Made by a program: the position numbers and the translations under genes
Virus record (IMG/VR): IMGVR_UViG_3300048774_000008
Location: 1 to 62,279 of that record
Length of the DNA: 62,279 nt
Origin: a virus
Strand: one strand, 5' to 3'
Shown: positions 26,190 through 36,034 of the stretch, one piece after another
Position numbering within the stretch: the stretch's first letter is position 1
Layout: every line of letters starts with the position of its first letter
Notes under the pieces: model-generated
Seen by the model: the letters and a program-made list of their open reading frames with translations, nothing else
Told to the model about the DNA's origin: nothing
Database searches by the model: none

Positions 26190-26648
26190 TTAGGTTGATG
26201 GGTTGTCATACTGGGTTAAATTGTGCGAGTGAATGATCGAGCAGATCGTGGCGGCATAGTTCGGATCTGTCGCATAACCAGCCGCTGCCACGGCCTCGGC
26301 GAATGCATCGCTGTCCGTGGTGCTGAAGCAGGATGCGTAACGCGGATTGCTGACAAGGAAGTTTCCATGATCGATGATCGAAGATGCGTAATCGGGGTAT
26401 GCCCGGAACTTGCCTTGAATCAACTCCCGCACACCGTCGATTGTTTCGTGCGTCCATTCCTCAACGGTCGGCCCTGTCCATGACGGATCAGCTTTGATGC
26501 CGAACAGGTTATTACCTGGTGGTATGACCTTCAGCCAACCAGTCTCAAGAGCACATTGAGCGATCGTGAAACCAGCCGGAATGCTGCTCCCGGCTTGAGA
26601 TGCTAAAGCGCCTGGAAGAATTGCTGCGATAACGTCTTGGGGATTCAT
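26190..26648 (-). CDS. Endolysin, N-acetylglucosaminidase (FlgJ/mannosyl-glycoprotein endo-beta-GlcNAcase family)
   Basis: AQCALETGWLK......NNLFGIKAD motif. Confidence 0.8.
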   Translation of the reverse strand: MNPQDVIAAILPGALASQAGSSIPAGFTIAQCALETGWLKVIPPGNNLFGIKADPSWTGPTVEEWTHETIDGVRELIQGKFRAYPDYASSIIDHGNFLVSNPRYASCFSTTDSDAFAEAVAAAGYATDPNYAATICSIIHSHNLTQYDNPST

Positions 26649-26860
26649 TTCTCACTCCCATTCTTAATATCGTCTTTGCGAGTACGGTGATTTATGCGCC
26701 GATTAAGCAAAGATTTGACCGTTCGTGATTCATAAATCCTGATCACGATCCACACGACTGCAAGCAAGGAAGACACATGCGGGAGGATGTCAAAAAATGC
26801 GCCAAATGCAGTTCCTACTGCACTGAAATCAATAAGATGCTTGAAGTCAGAATCCATCAA
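26645..26860 (-). CDS. Holin candidate (71 aa)
   Basis: Two hydrophobic segments plus a highly charged C-terminus. Immediately upstream of, and overlapping, the endolysin gene. Confidence 0.55.
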   Translation of the reverse strand: MMDSDFKHLIDFSAVGTAFGAFFDILPHVSSLLAVVWIVIRIYESRTVKSLLNRRINHRTRKDDIKNGSEK

Positions 26861-27213
26861 AGTTCCTTTAAAGGACGGTTTTTAATTTTCAATGCCCAAT
26901 TTCCGGCATCGCCTAAAACTTCAGTATTGAAGGATTTGAAATTTCCCAGATGACCGAAAAGAAGGTGGCAATTCACGCCGTCTTTAACTGCCTCGCACAG
27001 CGTTGCCAGATTTGTCGGATCAAGCTCAAGTGCCGGATGAAGATGGAATGGTTTGATGTGGTGAACTTCAAGCTTCACATTGCCGCCGCACACCTCACAT
27101 ACTGGATGCTGCACCAGATGAATCCTGCGAACGGTCGGCCACTTCCCAGATCGGGCAACTCCAAGCGGGTGCTTCCCCTTGGCCGCGTCAATCAGATGTT
27201 TGATAATCGGCAT
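26857..27213 (-). CDS. HNH endonuclease
   Basis: CEVCGG....EVHHIKP......DP.NL..LC......CH. Confidence 0.75.
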   Translation of the reverse strand: MPIIKHLIDAAKGKHPLGVARSGKWPTVRRIHLVQHPVCEVCGGNVKLEVHHIKPFHLHPALELDPTNLATLCEAVKDGVNCHLLFGHLGNFKSFNTEVLGDAGNWALKIKNRPLKEL

Positions 27214-27232
27214 GTTCTCTTTCTATGGACGT

Positions 27233-27255
27233 AAAAAAAGCCGCACTTGGCGGCT
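27233..27255 (-). terminator. Rho-independent terminator
   Basis: Minus strand: AGCCGC-CAAGT-GCGGCT followed by TTTTTT, between the fibre module and the HNH/lysis cassette. Confidence 0.7.
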
Positions 27256-27308
27256 TATGCGGTTTTAAAAGTATTGCGGTTTATTCGCCGCGCCAATCGA
27301 ATTTCCCT

Positions 27309-27824
27309 TTAATACTCAATCGCCGCCGCAGCGATAAATAAAGCATCAACCTGTGCGCCAGTCCACCCAAGCGCAGAAGCAATAGCAGCAATCGTAGGAC
27401 TTGGCCGCGCAAAAGTTGTTGCCTTGGCCCAAGCAATCTGAGCAGTTACTGGAGCTGCTGCAATGACCGCTTCAACTGCTGACATATATCCTGCATTGGT
27501 GATAGCTATCTGCGCTTGTGCCGCAGTTACCACTTGAGGGATAAAGCCAATAGGAGCATTCCACTGCTGCGTCAGAACTCCGCTGATAAATATCGGTTGA
27601 GCTTCCACTGGCGCGTACTGGCAAGTTGGTGTATAGGTTGGCGGTGTCGTGGCCGCTGGCTCCACGAGTGTGTAACCTCCGACTGCTGCGGCTGTAGATG
27701 GGAACAGAGAAACCATATCCGTACCCGCAGGATAATTGGTATTGTTATTATCGAAAACGAAATCCGACCACCCATAGGGATATTTAATTAGCGTATTGCC
27801 GTTTTGTATTTTTGCGCATGACAT
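27309..27824 (-). CDS. Hypothetical protein, possible fibre-assembly/accessory protein
   Basis: 171-aa ORF after the fibre-like genes, with an Ala-rich C-terminal half. Confidence 0.4.
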   Translation of the reverse strand: MSCAKIQNGNTLIKYPYGWSDFVFDNNNTNYPAGTDMVSLFPSTAAAVGGYTLVEPAATTPPTYTPTCQYAPVEAQPIFISGVLTQQWNAPIGFIPQVVTAAQAQIAITNAGYMSAVEAVIAAAPVTAQIAWAKATTFARPSPTIAAIASALGWTGAQVDALFIAAAAIEY

Positions 27825-27833
27825 GATTATCCT

Positions 27834-28877
27834 TTAATTTCCCGAGACGCCAGACCAAGTCTGACTTGACGGCAGCGTTGATGCGACCCAAGTGCTACCG
27901 CCGTTTGATGAGTGAGCAGCGGCTGTTGTTCCATTAGAAACTGCTGCACAATTAAGACCAGAACAGGATACGCCAGACCAAGTCTGACTTGACGGCAGCG
28001 TTGATGCGACCCAAGTGCTACCGCCGTTTGATGAGTAAGCAGCTGCTGTTGTTCCATTAGAAACTGCTGCACAATTAAGACCAGAACAGGATACGCCAGA
28101 CCAAGTCTGACTTGACGGCAGCGTTGATGCGACCCAAGTGCTACCGCCGTTTGATGAGTGAGCAGCGGCTGTTCCCGGGAATCCTGATATACCTGAAACT
28201 GCTGCACAATTCAGACCAGAACATGAGACACCAGTCCAAAAGCCACTTGTCGGTAACGTTGATGCGACCCAGGTGCTGCCGCCGTTTGATGAGTAAGCAG
28301 CGGCTGTTGTTCCATTAGAAACTGCTGCACAATTAAGACCAGAACAGGATACGCCAGTCCAAGCATAACTTGTCGGCAGCGTTGATGCGACCCAGGTGCT
28401 ACCGCCGTTTGATGAGTAAGCAGCGGCTGTTGTCGTCGCGTATGCGCCTGCAACTGCTGCACAATTCAGACCAGAACATGAGACACCAGTCCAAGCATGA
28501 CTTGTCGGCAGCGTTGATGCGACCCAGGTGCTACCGCCGTTTGATGAGTGAGCAGCGGCTGTTGTTCCCGGTGATGATGAGCTTGTTACAACCGCTGCAC
28601 AATTCAACCCAGAACAGGATACGCCAGACCAAATCTGACTTGTCGGCAGCGTTGATGCGACCCAGGTGCTACCGCCGTTTGATGAGTAAGCAGCTGCTGT
28701 TGTTCCATTAGCAACTGCTGCAAAACAATTTCCAGAAATTGCACATATGTATGTTTGCCCAAATTGTCCAAACCCCTGCGCCGATAGTGCGCCTCTCGTA
28801 GAAAGCAGTTGCGCTTCAACAAATGGAGTCCAGATCAGAGCTGATATGAGCAGCCAAATTTGAATTAGTTTTTTCAT
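27834..28877 (-). CDS. Secreted seven-bladed BNR/Asp-box-like beta-propeller protein
   Basis: Signal peptide MKKLIQIWLLISALIWTPFVEAQ. Seven repeats of about 40 aa, TAAAYSSNGGSTWVASTLP..W.GVSCSGLNCAAV, containing the Asp-box-like SxxGGxTW. Confidence 0.65.
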   Translation of the reverse strand: MKKLIQIWLLISALIWTPFVEAQLLSTRGALSAQGFGQFGQTYICAISGNCFAAVANGTTAAAYSSNGGSTWVASTLPTSQIWSGVSCSGLNCAAVVTSSSSPGTTAAAHSSNGGSTWVASTLPTSHAWTGVSCSGLNCAAVAGAYATTTAAAYSSNGGSTWVASTLPTSYAWTGVSCSGLNCAAVSNGTTAAAYSSNGGSTWVASTLPTSGFWTGVSCSGLNCAAVSGISGFPGTAAAHSSNGGSTWVASTLPSSQTWSGVSCSGLNCAAVSNGTTAAAYSSNGGSTWVASTLPSSQTWSGVSCSGLNCAAVSNGTTAAAHSSNGGSTWVASTLPSSQTWSGVSGN

Positions 28878-28878
28878 T

Positions 28879-31548
28879 TTATTTATATTGCGTCAAGGCG
28901 CAAAGAATATTATAAGTTGCCGATGCTGTTTTTTGAATGGTGCAAGTGTAGACATCAATGCTAGATGCATCCCCTGCTGTTGGCGCTGCACCGCCCATCC
29001 ACTTTGGGGTCACACTCGATCCATCAACTGTGAAGGCGTTAGCATAATAAGCGGTCGAACCTTGCGTTGTTTCCATTACTACGGTGACTGCATCTCCTGT
29101 CGCCATTGCAGTATTCATAGAAGTCCCGGAAGACCATGCCCAATTGATTGTCCAGTTATTTGCCGCATTCGTTGTATAGTATTGAATTGCCCCTGAAGCA
29201 GCGTAAAAGTTCTGCGTAGCAGAGGGGGCCGCAGCAATAATGTCAACCGCTTCAGCGCCATTCGTAATCTTTATAGCTTCTTGCGATGAACTTCCTGCTG
29301 CCGTCGCCCCCGCAGATAAACTTGCCGCTGCTGTAGCATTGCCGACAGTGGCCCCCGCTGCCGTGCCCGTAAGATTCGTTATCGTGCCGCTGAAAGGTGT
29401 GCCAAGCACGCCATTTAATTGCACTGCACCTACTATACGAGAGTCGTTACCCTGTGCTGCCGTGTTGGATGTAGAGCCGTAAGTTACCGAGATTGCACCA
29501 GTTGAATTAGTGATAGTTGTGCCATCCGGTTTAACACCGCCAAGCACGGATGAAGTAGCTGCGGAGAGTGAGTAAGCCGCAATAAATGCGCTTGTGCCGA
29601 ACGTGCCGCCTGCTGCTGATGTTAGCGATGATCCGGTAACTCCAGATGCCAGTGTGGTTCCTGTTAGTGCACCAGCGGGGGCGCTTGCTGCTGCTATCGC
29701 TGTATTGCATGATAACCCGCTATTCGTTATGTACGCTAGCGCGCTGCCAGCCGTTGAGCACGATGGAACTGCCGTTGCTGTTGGCGATGTCGCTATGCTT
29801 GTCGGATTAGCTAATATTGTATTAGCTGTCTGTGTAGCCATGTCTCCAAGTGTTACCAGGCCGGTCGCGGTGAATGATCCGGTGATCGTCGGATTCGCGC
29901 TAGGAGCCGCTCCGGTGACTTGTGTTACCGTGTAGTCGCCGGACTGCGCTGTTACTACACCAGTTCGCCCGAATGCACTCGTTACGCCGCCACTTGCAGC
30001 GGAAATAACACCAAGGCCGCTGATCGTTATTGTCGTGTTGTCAGGTGCCACCACTCCAAGATTTCCTGCCGTGGCTTTGGGAACGGTAATTGCGCCGCCA
30101 GAAACAGTGATAATCGTGCCGTCCGGTTTAACACCGCCGAGCGTGGATGTTGTCGCTGCCGGCAAGGTGTACGTACTGCTCGATGCGATGTTATACGGGC
30201 TGCCTGAAGTGCCAGAGCCAGTGACCGTAACGTTGCTTCCAGCTGCAATAAGCCCGTTGATTGTGGATACCGTGGCCGCGGATCCGGATGCATTTCCAGT
30301 TAAATTTCCAGTTACGGAACCTGTTACATTTCCGGTTACGCTTCCGGTTACGCTTCCGATAAGATTACCCGAGAATGTCGGCGCTGTAGCGGTTCCTGTG
30401 AACGTCGGAGAAGCGAGTGGGGCCGCTCCAGTAACCTGCCCTACGCTGTAGTCGCCCGTCTGCGCCGTTACCGCGCCTGTGCGTCCGAATACGCTGGATA
30501 CTACGCCTGATACTATATTGCCGATGTTGCCGACTATTTTATTAAAGGCCGTCAGAACGCTATCCGTCGCGCTGACAGTGCCAGCAGATGCCGAGAAGCC
30601 TGTCAAAGCCTTGCCTGTGACCGTGGAGGCAGCGATAGCTGTTGCGCCCTGCGTACCTGTCACATCGCCGGATAACGACCCCGTGAAGCTGCCTGCGCTG
30701 CTTGTCGTCGCTTGGTTCAACGTCGGGACGATAGAACTTGCAATCAATCCGCTGCTATTCGTCTCGACTACTGTGCTGTTACCAGTTGTTCCGACAGGCA
30801 GCGTCGCGCCCCATGAGGTGCCTGATACAATGACAGGAACGCCTGAACCGGAGGGGAGGTTACCGGCGCCGCAAGCTACTCCGGCATCCACGGTGTTGCC
30901 GTTCGCATCGAACTTTACGCAATCGTTCGTCGTTGTTGCTCCTGCCGATAGCTGAACCTTAGTGCCATTGCCCTGCGCTGCCGTGACGCCAGTTCCGCCG
31001 TAGGCCACTCCAAGCGGCCCGGAATATGTGCATGTGATCGTACCGTTTGCCGTAAGTGGCGATCCAGTGCAACTAAAATTTGACGGCATTGACAAGCCGA
31101 CGCTGGTGAGGCCACTACTTCCTGAATTGGCCTGACACCCTATTACTCCACTATTGTTATATAGGTTATAACCAGTCGGGCATGTTCCGCTTATGGACGT
31201 TATTCCAGATGCGATATTCGATGCAGTTCCGCTAACGGATGACCATGTATTTGTCGATGCATTATAAGTCGCAGTCGTTACCCATCCTGACCCACTCCAC
31301 CAATTTAAAAGGTACGGATTAGATGAAGTATTTAGCCAATATTGCCCCTCCAATGGAGACGCCGGCGCAGTTGATCCCTTAAATTGAGACAGAATATTAT
31401 CAATATCATTTGCGGCATTCTGGAAATTACCCCGTATTGGCGCAGATGTTAATGCCGATCCATTTGCTGGAATTGTCGCATCGATTGTTGACCCGGAGCC
31501 AAATGCATGGGAACTGACAAGCAAGAGTATTGATAATATTTTTTTCAT
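28879..31548 (-). CDS. Large fibre-like protein with N-terminal signal peptide
   Basis: MKKILSILLLVSSHAFGSGS, a tail-fibre-like N-region (PIRGNFQNAANDIDNIL), GSVTGNVTGSVTGNLTGN repeats and two LGGVKPDGT.IT motifs. Confidence 0.55.
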   Translation of the reverse strand: MKKILSILLLVSSHAFGSGSTIDATIPANGSALTSAPIRGNFQNAANDIDNILSQFKGSTAPASPLEGQYWLNTSSNPYLLNWWSGSGWVTTATYNASTNTWSSVSGTASNIASGITSISGTCPTGYNLYNNSGVIGCQANSGSSGLTSVGLSMPSNFSCTGSPLTANGTITCTYSGPLGVAYGGTGVTAAQGNGTKVQLSAGATTTNDCVKFDANGNTVDAGVACGAGNLPSGSGVPVIVSGTSWGATLPVGTTGNSTVVETNSSGLIASSIVPTLNQATTSSAGSFTGSLSGDVTGTQGATAIAASTVTGKALTGFSASAGTVSATDSVLTAFNKIVGNIGNIVSGVVSSVFGRTGAVTAQTGDYSVGQVTGAAPLASPTFTGTATAPTFSGNLIGSVTGSVTGNVTGSVTGNLTGNASGSAATVSTINGLIAAGSNVTVTGSGTSGSPYNIASSSTYTLPAATTSTLGGVKPDGTIITVSGGAITVPKATAGNLGVVAPDNTTITISGLGVISAASGGVTSAFGRTGVVTAQSGDYTVTQVTGAAPSANPTITGSFTATGLVTLGDMATQTANTILANPTSIATSPTATAVPSCSTAGSALAYITNSGLSCNTAIAAASAPAGALTGTTLASGVTGSSLTSAAGGTFGTSAFIAAYSLSAATSSVLGGVKPDGTTITNSTGAISVTYGSTSNTAAQGNDSRIVGAVQLNGVLGTPFSGTITNLTGTAAGATVGNATAAASLSAGATAAGSSSQEAIKITNGAEAVDIIAAAPSATQNFYAASGAIQYYTTNAANNWTINWAWSSGTSMNTAMATGDAVTVVMETTQGSTAYYANAFTVDGSSVTPKWMGGAAPTAGDASSIDVYTCTIQKTASATYNILCALTQYK

Positions 31549-31556
31549 TGCAATCC

Positions 31557-32222
31557 TTAAAACGAATATCGCACAGTCATCGCGGGAGCGTAGCCAATCG
31601 CGCTAGAGTAAATTGGTCTATAATAATTACCGGAAATTCCTTCAGTGATGTTGGGATTTGTGGATTTTGTAGGCAGTAACTTCAGAACGACTGCCCAGCT
31701 ATCCGAGAAATTGTATCCGACATCAGCGCCGACCCCAACCGTATCTTTAACTTGATGATCTATATGTGAAACAACTGGCCCGGTGCCGATCTGCCAGTTA
31801 TACCAATTAAAATTGGTGTTTTCATAATTTGGACGATAGACTATTAACCCGCCCTCGGTGAACCACTTGCCGAATGTTTTGCGAGCCATGAGAAATTCGT
31901 ATGGCAGTGTTCCCTGCCCTTGCATGTGACTAATTTGACCGCAGTTTGTTTTGCAGTTGTCAACATCGTGAATCATCGCATCTGAAGTAGCCCGTCCTCC
32001 GTAGCCGAATCCGCCGCCGATCTTCCAGCTTTCCGCAATTTCACCGTAAATCCCTATTGATCCAGTGAACGAAGCTGTCCGCAATGTATATGGCATATCA
32101 CGCTGATACCAATTTCCAATGGGGGCTGGAATAAGATAAATTCCACCCAAGTCAACTTCGATTTCTGCGAACGCAAAGCAGTAGATACTCGACAAAATGA
32201 TGCCAATGATTATATTTTTCAT
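31557..32222 (-). CDS. Small outer-membrane beta-barrel protein (Lom/Ail/OmpX-like position and size)
   Basis: Signal peptide MKNIIIGIILSSIYCFAFAE, alternating amphipathic strands, and a C-terminal RYSF with terminal Phe. Confidence 0.55.
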   Translation of the reverse strand: MKNIIIGIILSSIYCFAFAEIEVDLGGIYLIPAPIGNWYQRDMPYTLRTASFTGSIGIYGEIAESWKIGGGFGYGGRATSDAMIHDVDNCKTNCGQISHMQGQGTLPYEFLMARKTFGKWFTEGGLIVYRPNYENTNFNWYNWQIGTGPVVSHIDHQVKDTVGVGADVGYNFSDSWAVVLKLLPTKSTNPNITEGISGNYYRPIYSSAIGYAPAMTVRYSF

Positions 32223-35200
32223 TATCGAACTCGTCTGGCTCTGATGAAGCCATTGACTGTTTCAGTGCTAATAGTGAAGGCACTGTTAACAACACAAAAT
32301 ACAGTAGAACTGGAAGAGGATAGTATCCGCACTGTAGGGGAAGATATCATGTTATTAGCCCCCGCCACAGGTGGAACTAGGATTTGCGTTAGCGTGCCAA
32401 GACTAGAAAAGGTTGCCGACGTAGTTCCGATCCCAACATACATTTGGGTCATTTGAGTTGTAGTATTCGGTATAAAATTAGCCGTGCACTGCACATCCCA
32501 ATCACCAGCGGTTAAAATTTCTGAGACTGCATTAGAGATAGTCCCACTAGTTAGCGATGTTCCGGTATACGTTGCAGATACATATTCACCATCACTTCCG
32601 CCCTGTGCATTATTGCCCAGCGTGGTGCCGACAATCCCCGCAGTTGTCGATGGTGTAATCGTGCCGCTTGCCGTGATTGTTGTAGCAGTTATAGCCCCGC
32701 TCCCACCAGAATAGCAATTCGCTCCCGCAGTGTAAATAACATTACCGCTTGCGTCTTCGCATAGCGATCCTGAGATCGTACCGGATGTTGTCAGATATGG
32801 AAAGGTTACAGTCCCTTTAGTTGAAAGATCACCAGAGTCATCAAGACTAAGAATTGCAGAACTTCTGGCATTATTTTGAATTTGAAACACGCCTCCGACA
32901 GTCGCTAAAAATTTAGATGGCGTTGTTGATCCATTTCCATTCATCTGGATTTCTACGCCATAGATTCCAGTATCCGAAAGATTTAAAGTTTGCGTCGATC
33001 CGGATGTTGTCAGTGACGCCCCCGGTGCAGAACTCCCTGTAGATGTTGTTAATGTGCCTTTTACGGTTAAATCTCCAACATCATCTAGTCTTAAAATTGC
33101 CGAAGTCAGCGCGTCATTATCAATTTCAAAGCCGCCACTTCTAACTGCAAGTGTTTTAGTCGGTGTTGTAGAACCGTTCCCAGTTAGCAGGATAGCAGCA
33201 CCGCTAGTTGTATCCGTAACAGATAAAGTTCTTGTTGCATTCATTGAAGTTAGAATTTCCGCTGACGATGTTCCTCCAGATGCCACCGTAAGCGTTCCTG
33301 TCGCGGTCGGACTTGCGGCCGGTAAATAATCCGAATTTGCGACTGCTGCGCTTTCCGTTGTGCCATTGCCTTTAATAATTCCGGTTACGCCTGTGGAAAC
33401 CGTGATTACTGGCGTCGTCGTTGGGTTTGCTACCGTGCCGGCAAAACCATTCGCAGTCGCCACCGAGACCGTATTCACCGTTCCAGACCCGCTTAATGGC
33501 GCGCATCCTACTACGCCGGAATTGTTATACAAGCCATAGCCAGATGTGCAAGTTCCCCTGACGACATTTCCAACCGTTACTGGAACGTTAGTCAATAATG
33601 ATCCATCAACTGCTGGAATTTTCGCACTGCTATTAAGTTCGAGCAGGTTGCTTGCAGACGTTCCGATAGGAACACCAGCACCAAGCAAAGTACCTGTTGT
33701 GTTATTCCAAGTTGGCACCACGCCGCTGACCGTTGTTGATGGGCCATTCACTCCACCGGCAGAATTTACGCATGTCACACCAGATGATGTGAACACACAA
33801 TTATTCCCAGCCGTTCCAGGAGGGTCAGTGAAAACTTCAGATGTGTTTATAGTTCCAGTGTTGGCAAGGAACGCATTTGCGCCAGCAGCCCAGTTGCCTC
33901 TTGTAGCTGCATTGACGAAGGTCAAAATTGGGGCTTGTGACCCACCGGTAGAAATAATTCCTGCAGCTTGCGAGGAAGTTCCAGTCGTAGGCGCGGGGTT
34001 TCCACCAATATTTACATTAGTGTACCTAAAGCCATTCGCCCCTGCATTTGCTGCAACCGCTAGAACTCCATATGATACAGTGTCCAAATCAACATTTACA
34101 AACTGCCCGTACCCACATGTTGGATTTTGCGTTGTATCGCCACTATCCAATGCAGCGTGTCCGACGTAACGACCAAAAACACTGAGGTTCGTGACATTTA
34201 AACTATCTGTTCTATAACTGGCAATGGCCCGGCCTCCATTCATTACCCAAGCATCAATCGCTTGGGGCCATGTTTTACCGGCGACAATATCCCACCCTAC
34301 CGTCATTATGGCATTGCTAATCTCGACAAAATCTTCAGAGTGGTCAACCTTTATATCTGTATAGAAATCACTTAACTGAACGTCAGAAATACGAATCCGC
34401 CCAGATTCGATGTCGATTCCTTGGTATCCATTGATGATAGTGATTCGATAGATGCCTTCATTCGCATACGGCCCTGACATTGTTAAAGTGAATGGGTAAG
34501 CTATTGGGGTGGACGCGGAATAAGAAACCTGATTCGGATAATAAAACATCAAGTCTTGCACCTTCGCTCCCTCGCCTGCAAGCGTAATGAAGCTGGCAGA
34601 GGTATTCGTGACTAAGAATGTCGGTGCGACGATAGTGCTTGCCGGATTATAGAAAACGTCGAAAGGGCCAGTCGATACGCCGGATAGCGTCAATCCGTCT
34701 GGGATGGTAAAAGTTCCAGTCGTATAGACTGCTCCGACGGGAACTGTAACCTTTCGTATCCCAACGCTTGAGGCCCAAGTGATCGCCGCTTGAATCGCCG
34801 CTGTGTCATCTGTTGAACCATCAACCGCCGCGCCGAATTGTTTTATTCCGATTGAATCTATTGGATGTTGCAAGTACCACCTGCCACCATCGCTGGCAAC
34901 AATGATCGTACCGCCATTGTCCACGCTAGTAGTGTCGGTGGCGTTGTACCAGTATTGTCCGCCACCTCCGTCATTGGCCGCATGGTAGCCAGTTGCCTCG
35001 ACTTGTTGATATGCGGTATGCAATACAGCCCGCAATGCAGAGATCGATGAAACTGCTGTAGATGTTCCAGATCCGGAATGCGAATCGACATAAGTCTGCA
35101 CTGCAGAAAATGATGTATCCAATAAGTTTAATGGCTGATCTCCTGCGTTCAATGCTCCGAAATCAGTAACCCCAGGTATTGTCGAAAATGATAATGTCGA

Positions 35201-35245
35201 TATGCACGCGATAATAAAACCAATAAGTATTTTTTTCATTTTCAT
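32222..35245 (-). CDS. 1007-aa pectate-lyase-fold (right-handed beta-helix) tailspike-like protein with N-terminal signal peptide
   Basis: MKMKKILIGFIIACISTLSFS. GIKQFGAAVDGSTDDTAAIQAAITWA matches the Pectate_lyase_3 N-terminal motif. The C-terminal part is fibre-like. Confidence 0.55.
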   Translation of the reverse strand: MKMKKILIGFIIACISTLSFSTIPGVTDFGALNAGDQPLNLLDTSFSAVQTYVDSHSGSGTSTAVSSISALRAVLHTAYQQVEATGYHAANDGGGGQYWYNATDTTSVDNGGTIIVASDGGRWYLQHPIDSIGIKQFGAAVDGSTDDTAAIQAAITWASSVGIRKVTVPVGAVYTTGTFTIPDGLTLSGVSTGPFDVFYNPASTIVAPTFLVTNTSASFITLAGEGAKVQDLMFYYPNQVSYSASTPIAYPFTLTMSGPYANEGIYRITIINGYQGIDIESGRIRISDVQLSDFYTDIKVDHSEDFVEISNAIMTVGWDIVAGKTWPQAIDAWVMNGGRAIASYRTDSLNVTNLSVFGRYVGHAALDSGDTTQNPTCGYGQFVNVDLDTVSYGVLAVAANAGANGFRYTNVNIGGNPAPTTGTSSQAAGIISTGGSQAPILTFVNAATRGNWAAGANAFLANTGTINTSEVFTDPPGTAGNNCVFTSSGVTCVNSAGGVNGPSTTVSGVVPTWNNTTGTLLGAGVPIGTSASNLLELNSSAKIPAVDGSLLTNVPVTVGNVVRGTCTSGYGLYNNSGVVGCAPLSGSGTVNTVSVATANGFAGTVANPTTTPVITVSTGVTGIIKGNGTTESAAVANSDYLPAASPTATGTLTVASGGTSSAEILTSMNATRTLSVTDTTSGAAILLTGNGSTTPTKTLAVRSGGFEIDNDALTSAILRLDDVGDLTVKGTLTTSTGSSAPGASLTTSGSTQTLNLSDTGIYGVEIQMNGNGSTTPSKFLATVGGVFQIQNNARSSAILSLDDSGDLSTKGTVTFPYLTTSGTISGSLCEDASGNVIYTAGANCYSGGSGAITATTITASGTITPSTTAGIVGTTLGNNAQGGSDGEYVSATYTGTSLTSGTISNAVSEILTAGDWDVQCTANFIPNTTTQMTQMYVGIGTTSATFSSLGTLTQILVPPVAGANNMISSPTVRILSSSSSTVFCVVNSAFTISTETVNGFIRARRVR

Positions 35246-36033
35246 TTTCCGATTGCCATCCAGTATTGCGGGATTCCGCCAGTTTCTTGCGTAAGCGAAA
35301 ATTGGGAAGTTGAAAGAACCGTTCCTAGAGCTGTATTCGTTGGCGTTGTTGTTGAAGACGCCGATGTGGTTATTGAAAATAAATTATTCGGGAATGGAAT
35401 AGGGAAACTATATGTGTAACTCGTATTAGCAGCAGAGGGGGTTTCCACTCCCCATTGAATAATCAATCCACTTGGGAATAGTTGGTATCCATTGACGCCA
35501 AGACTTGGTGTTCCTGATGCAAAAGATGTTGTCGCCAATTGACTTGTTGATGTGCCATTTGGCGCAGTCGGGGCCGTTGGAGTACCTAGTAAATTTGGTG
35601 AGGTTTGCAATGCGGCCACAGTTCCTGATCCTGTGGTAGAAAAAGATGTATCCCACGTTGTCCCGGTAGATTTTGCTATTCCGACGGGAGGATATCCAAT
35701 CAGTACCGTTGAATCTTGCACCATCGCTTCCGCTTGGCCGGCAGTCCATAAATTCTGAATCGCATCGTAGACATTGCATGCCTGCGCTGTGGTTCCCTCC
35801 TGCGCACGGATGACGGTTAAAATATCTCCCGTCACATTCGTACACCACATGATCTCGCGCGGCTCATTTGTAGTCGCATTGAATGTCGTCACCACAAAAT
35901 ATTGACTACCAGTGGGATTTGGAAAAACAGACCCAGTACCAGCTGCTACTTGAATCGTTGTCTGCGTCGTATTGACGGCAACAGCAATAGTGGAGGCGGC
36001 GTTATTTTCCGCGATGAATGGCCCTAGTGACAT
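35242..36033 (-). CDS. Tail fibre protein
   Basis: N-terminal ...EPREIMWCTNVTGDILTVIRAQEGTTA motif common in fibre/baseplate-attached proteins. Position after the baseplate genes. Confidence 0.6.
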   Translation of the reverse strand: MSLGPFIAENNAASTIAVAVNTTQTTIQVAAGTGSVFPNPTGSQYFVVTTFNATTNEPREIMWCTNVTGDILTVIRAQEGTTAQACNVYDAIQNLWTAGQAEAMVQDSTVLIGYPPVGIAKSTGTTWDTSFSTTGSGTVAALQTSPNLLGTPTAPTAPNGTSTSQLATTSFASGTPSLGVNGYQLFPSGLIIQWGVETPSAANTSYTYSFPIPFPNNLFSITTSASSTTTPTNTALGTVLSTSQFSLTQETGGIPQYWMAIGK

Positions 36034-36034
36034 T

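Noticed and set aside
28112-35091. Many plus-strand ORFs (up to 207 aa, e.g. 33546-34169, 30035-30451, 30479-30955) and alternative minus-frame ORFs in the fibre/BNR genes.
   Set aside because: These are shadow ORFs of long Gly/Thr/Ser/Ala-rich genes. None has independent start signals, and all lie wholly inside well-supported minus-strand genes.
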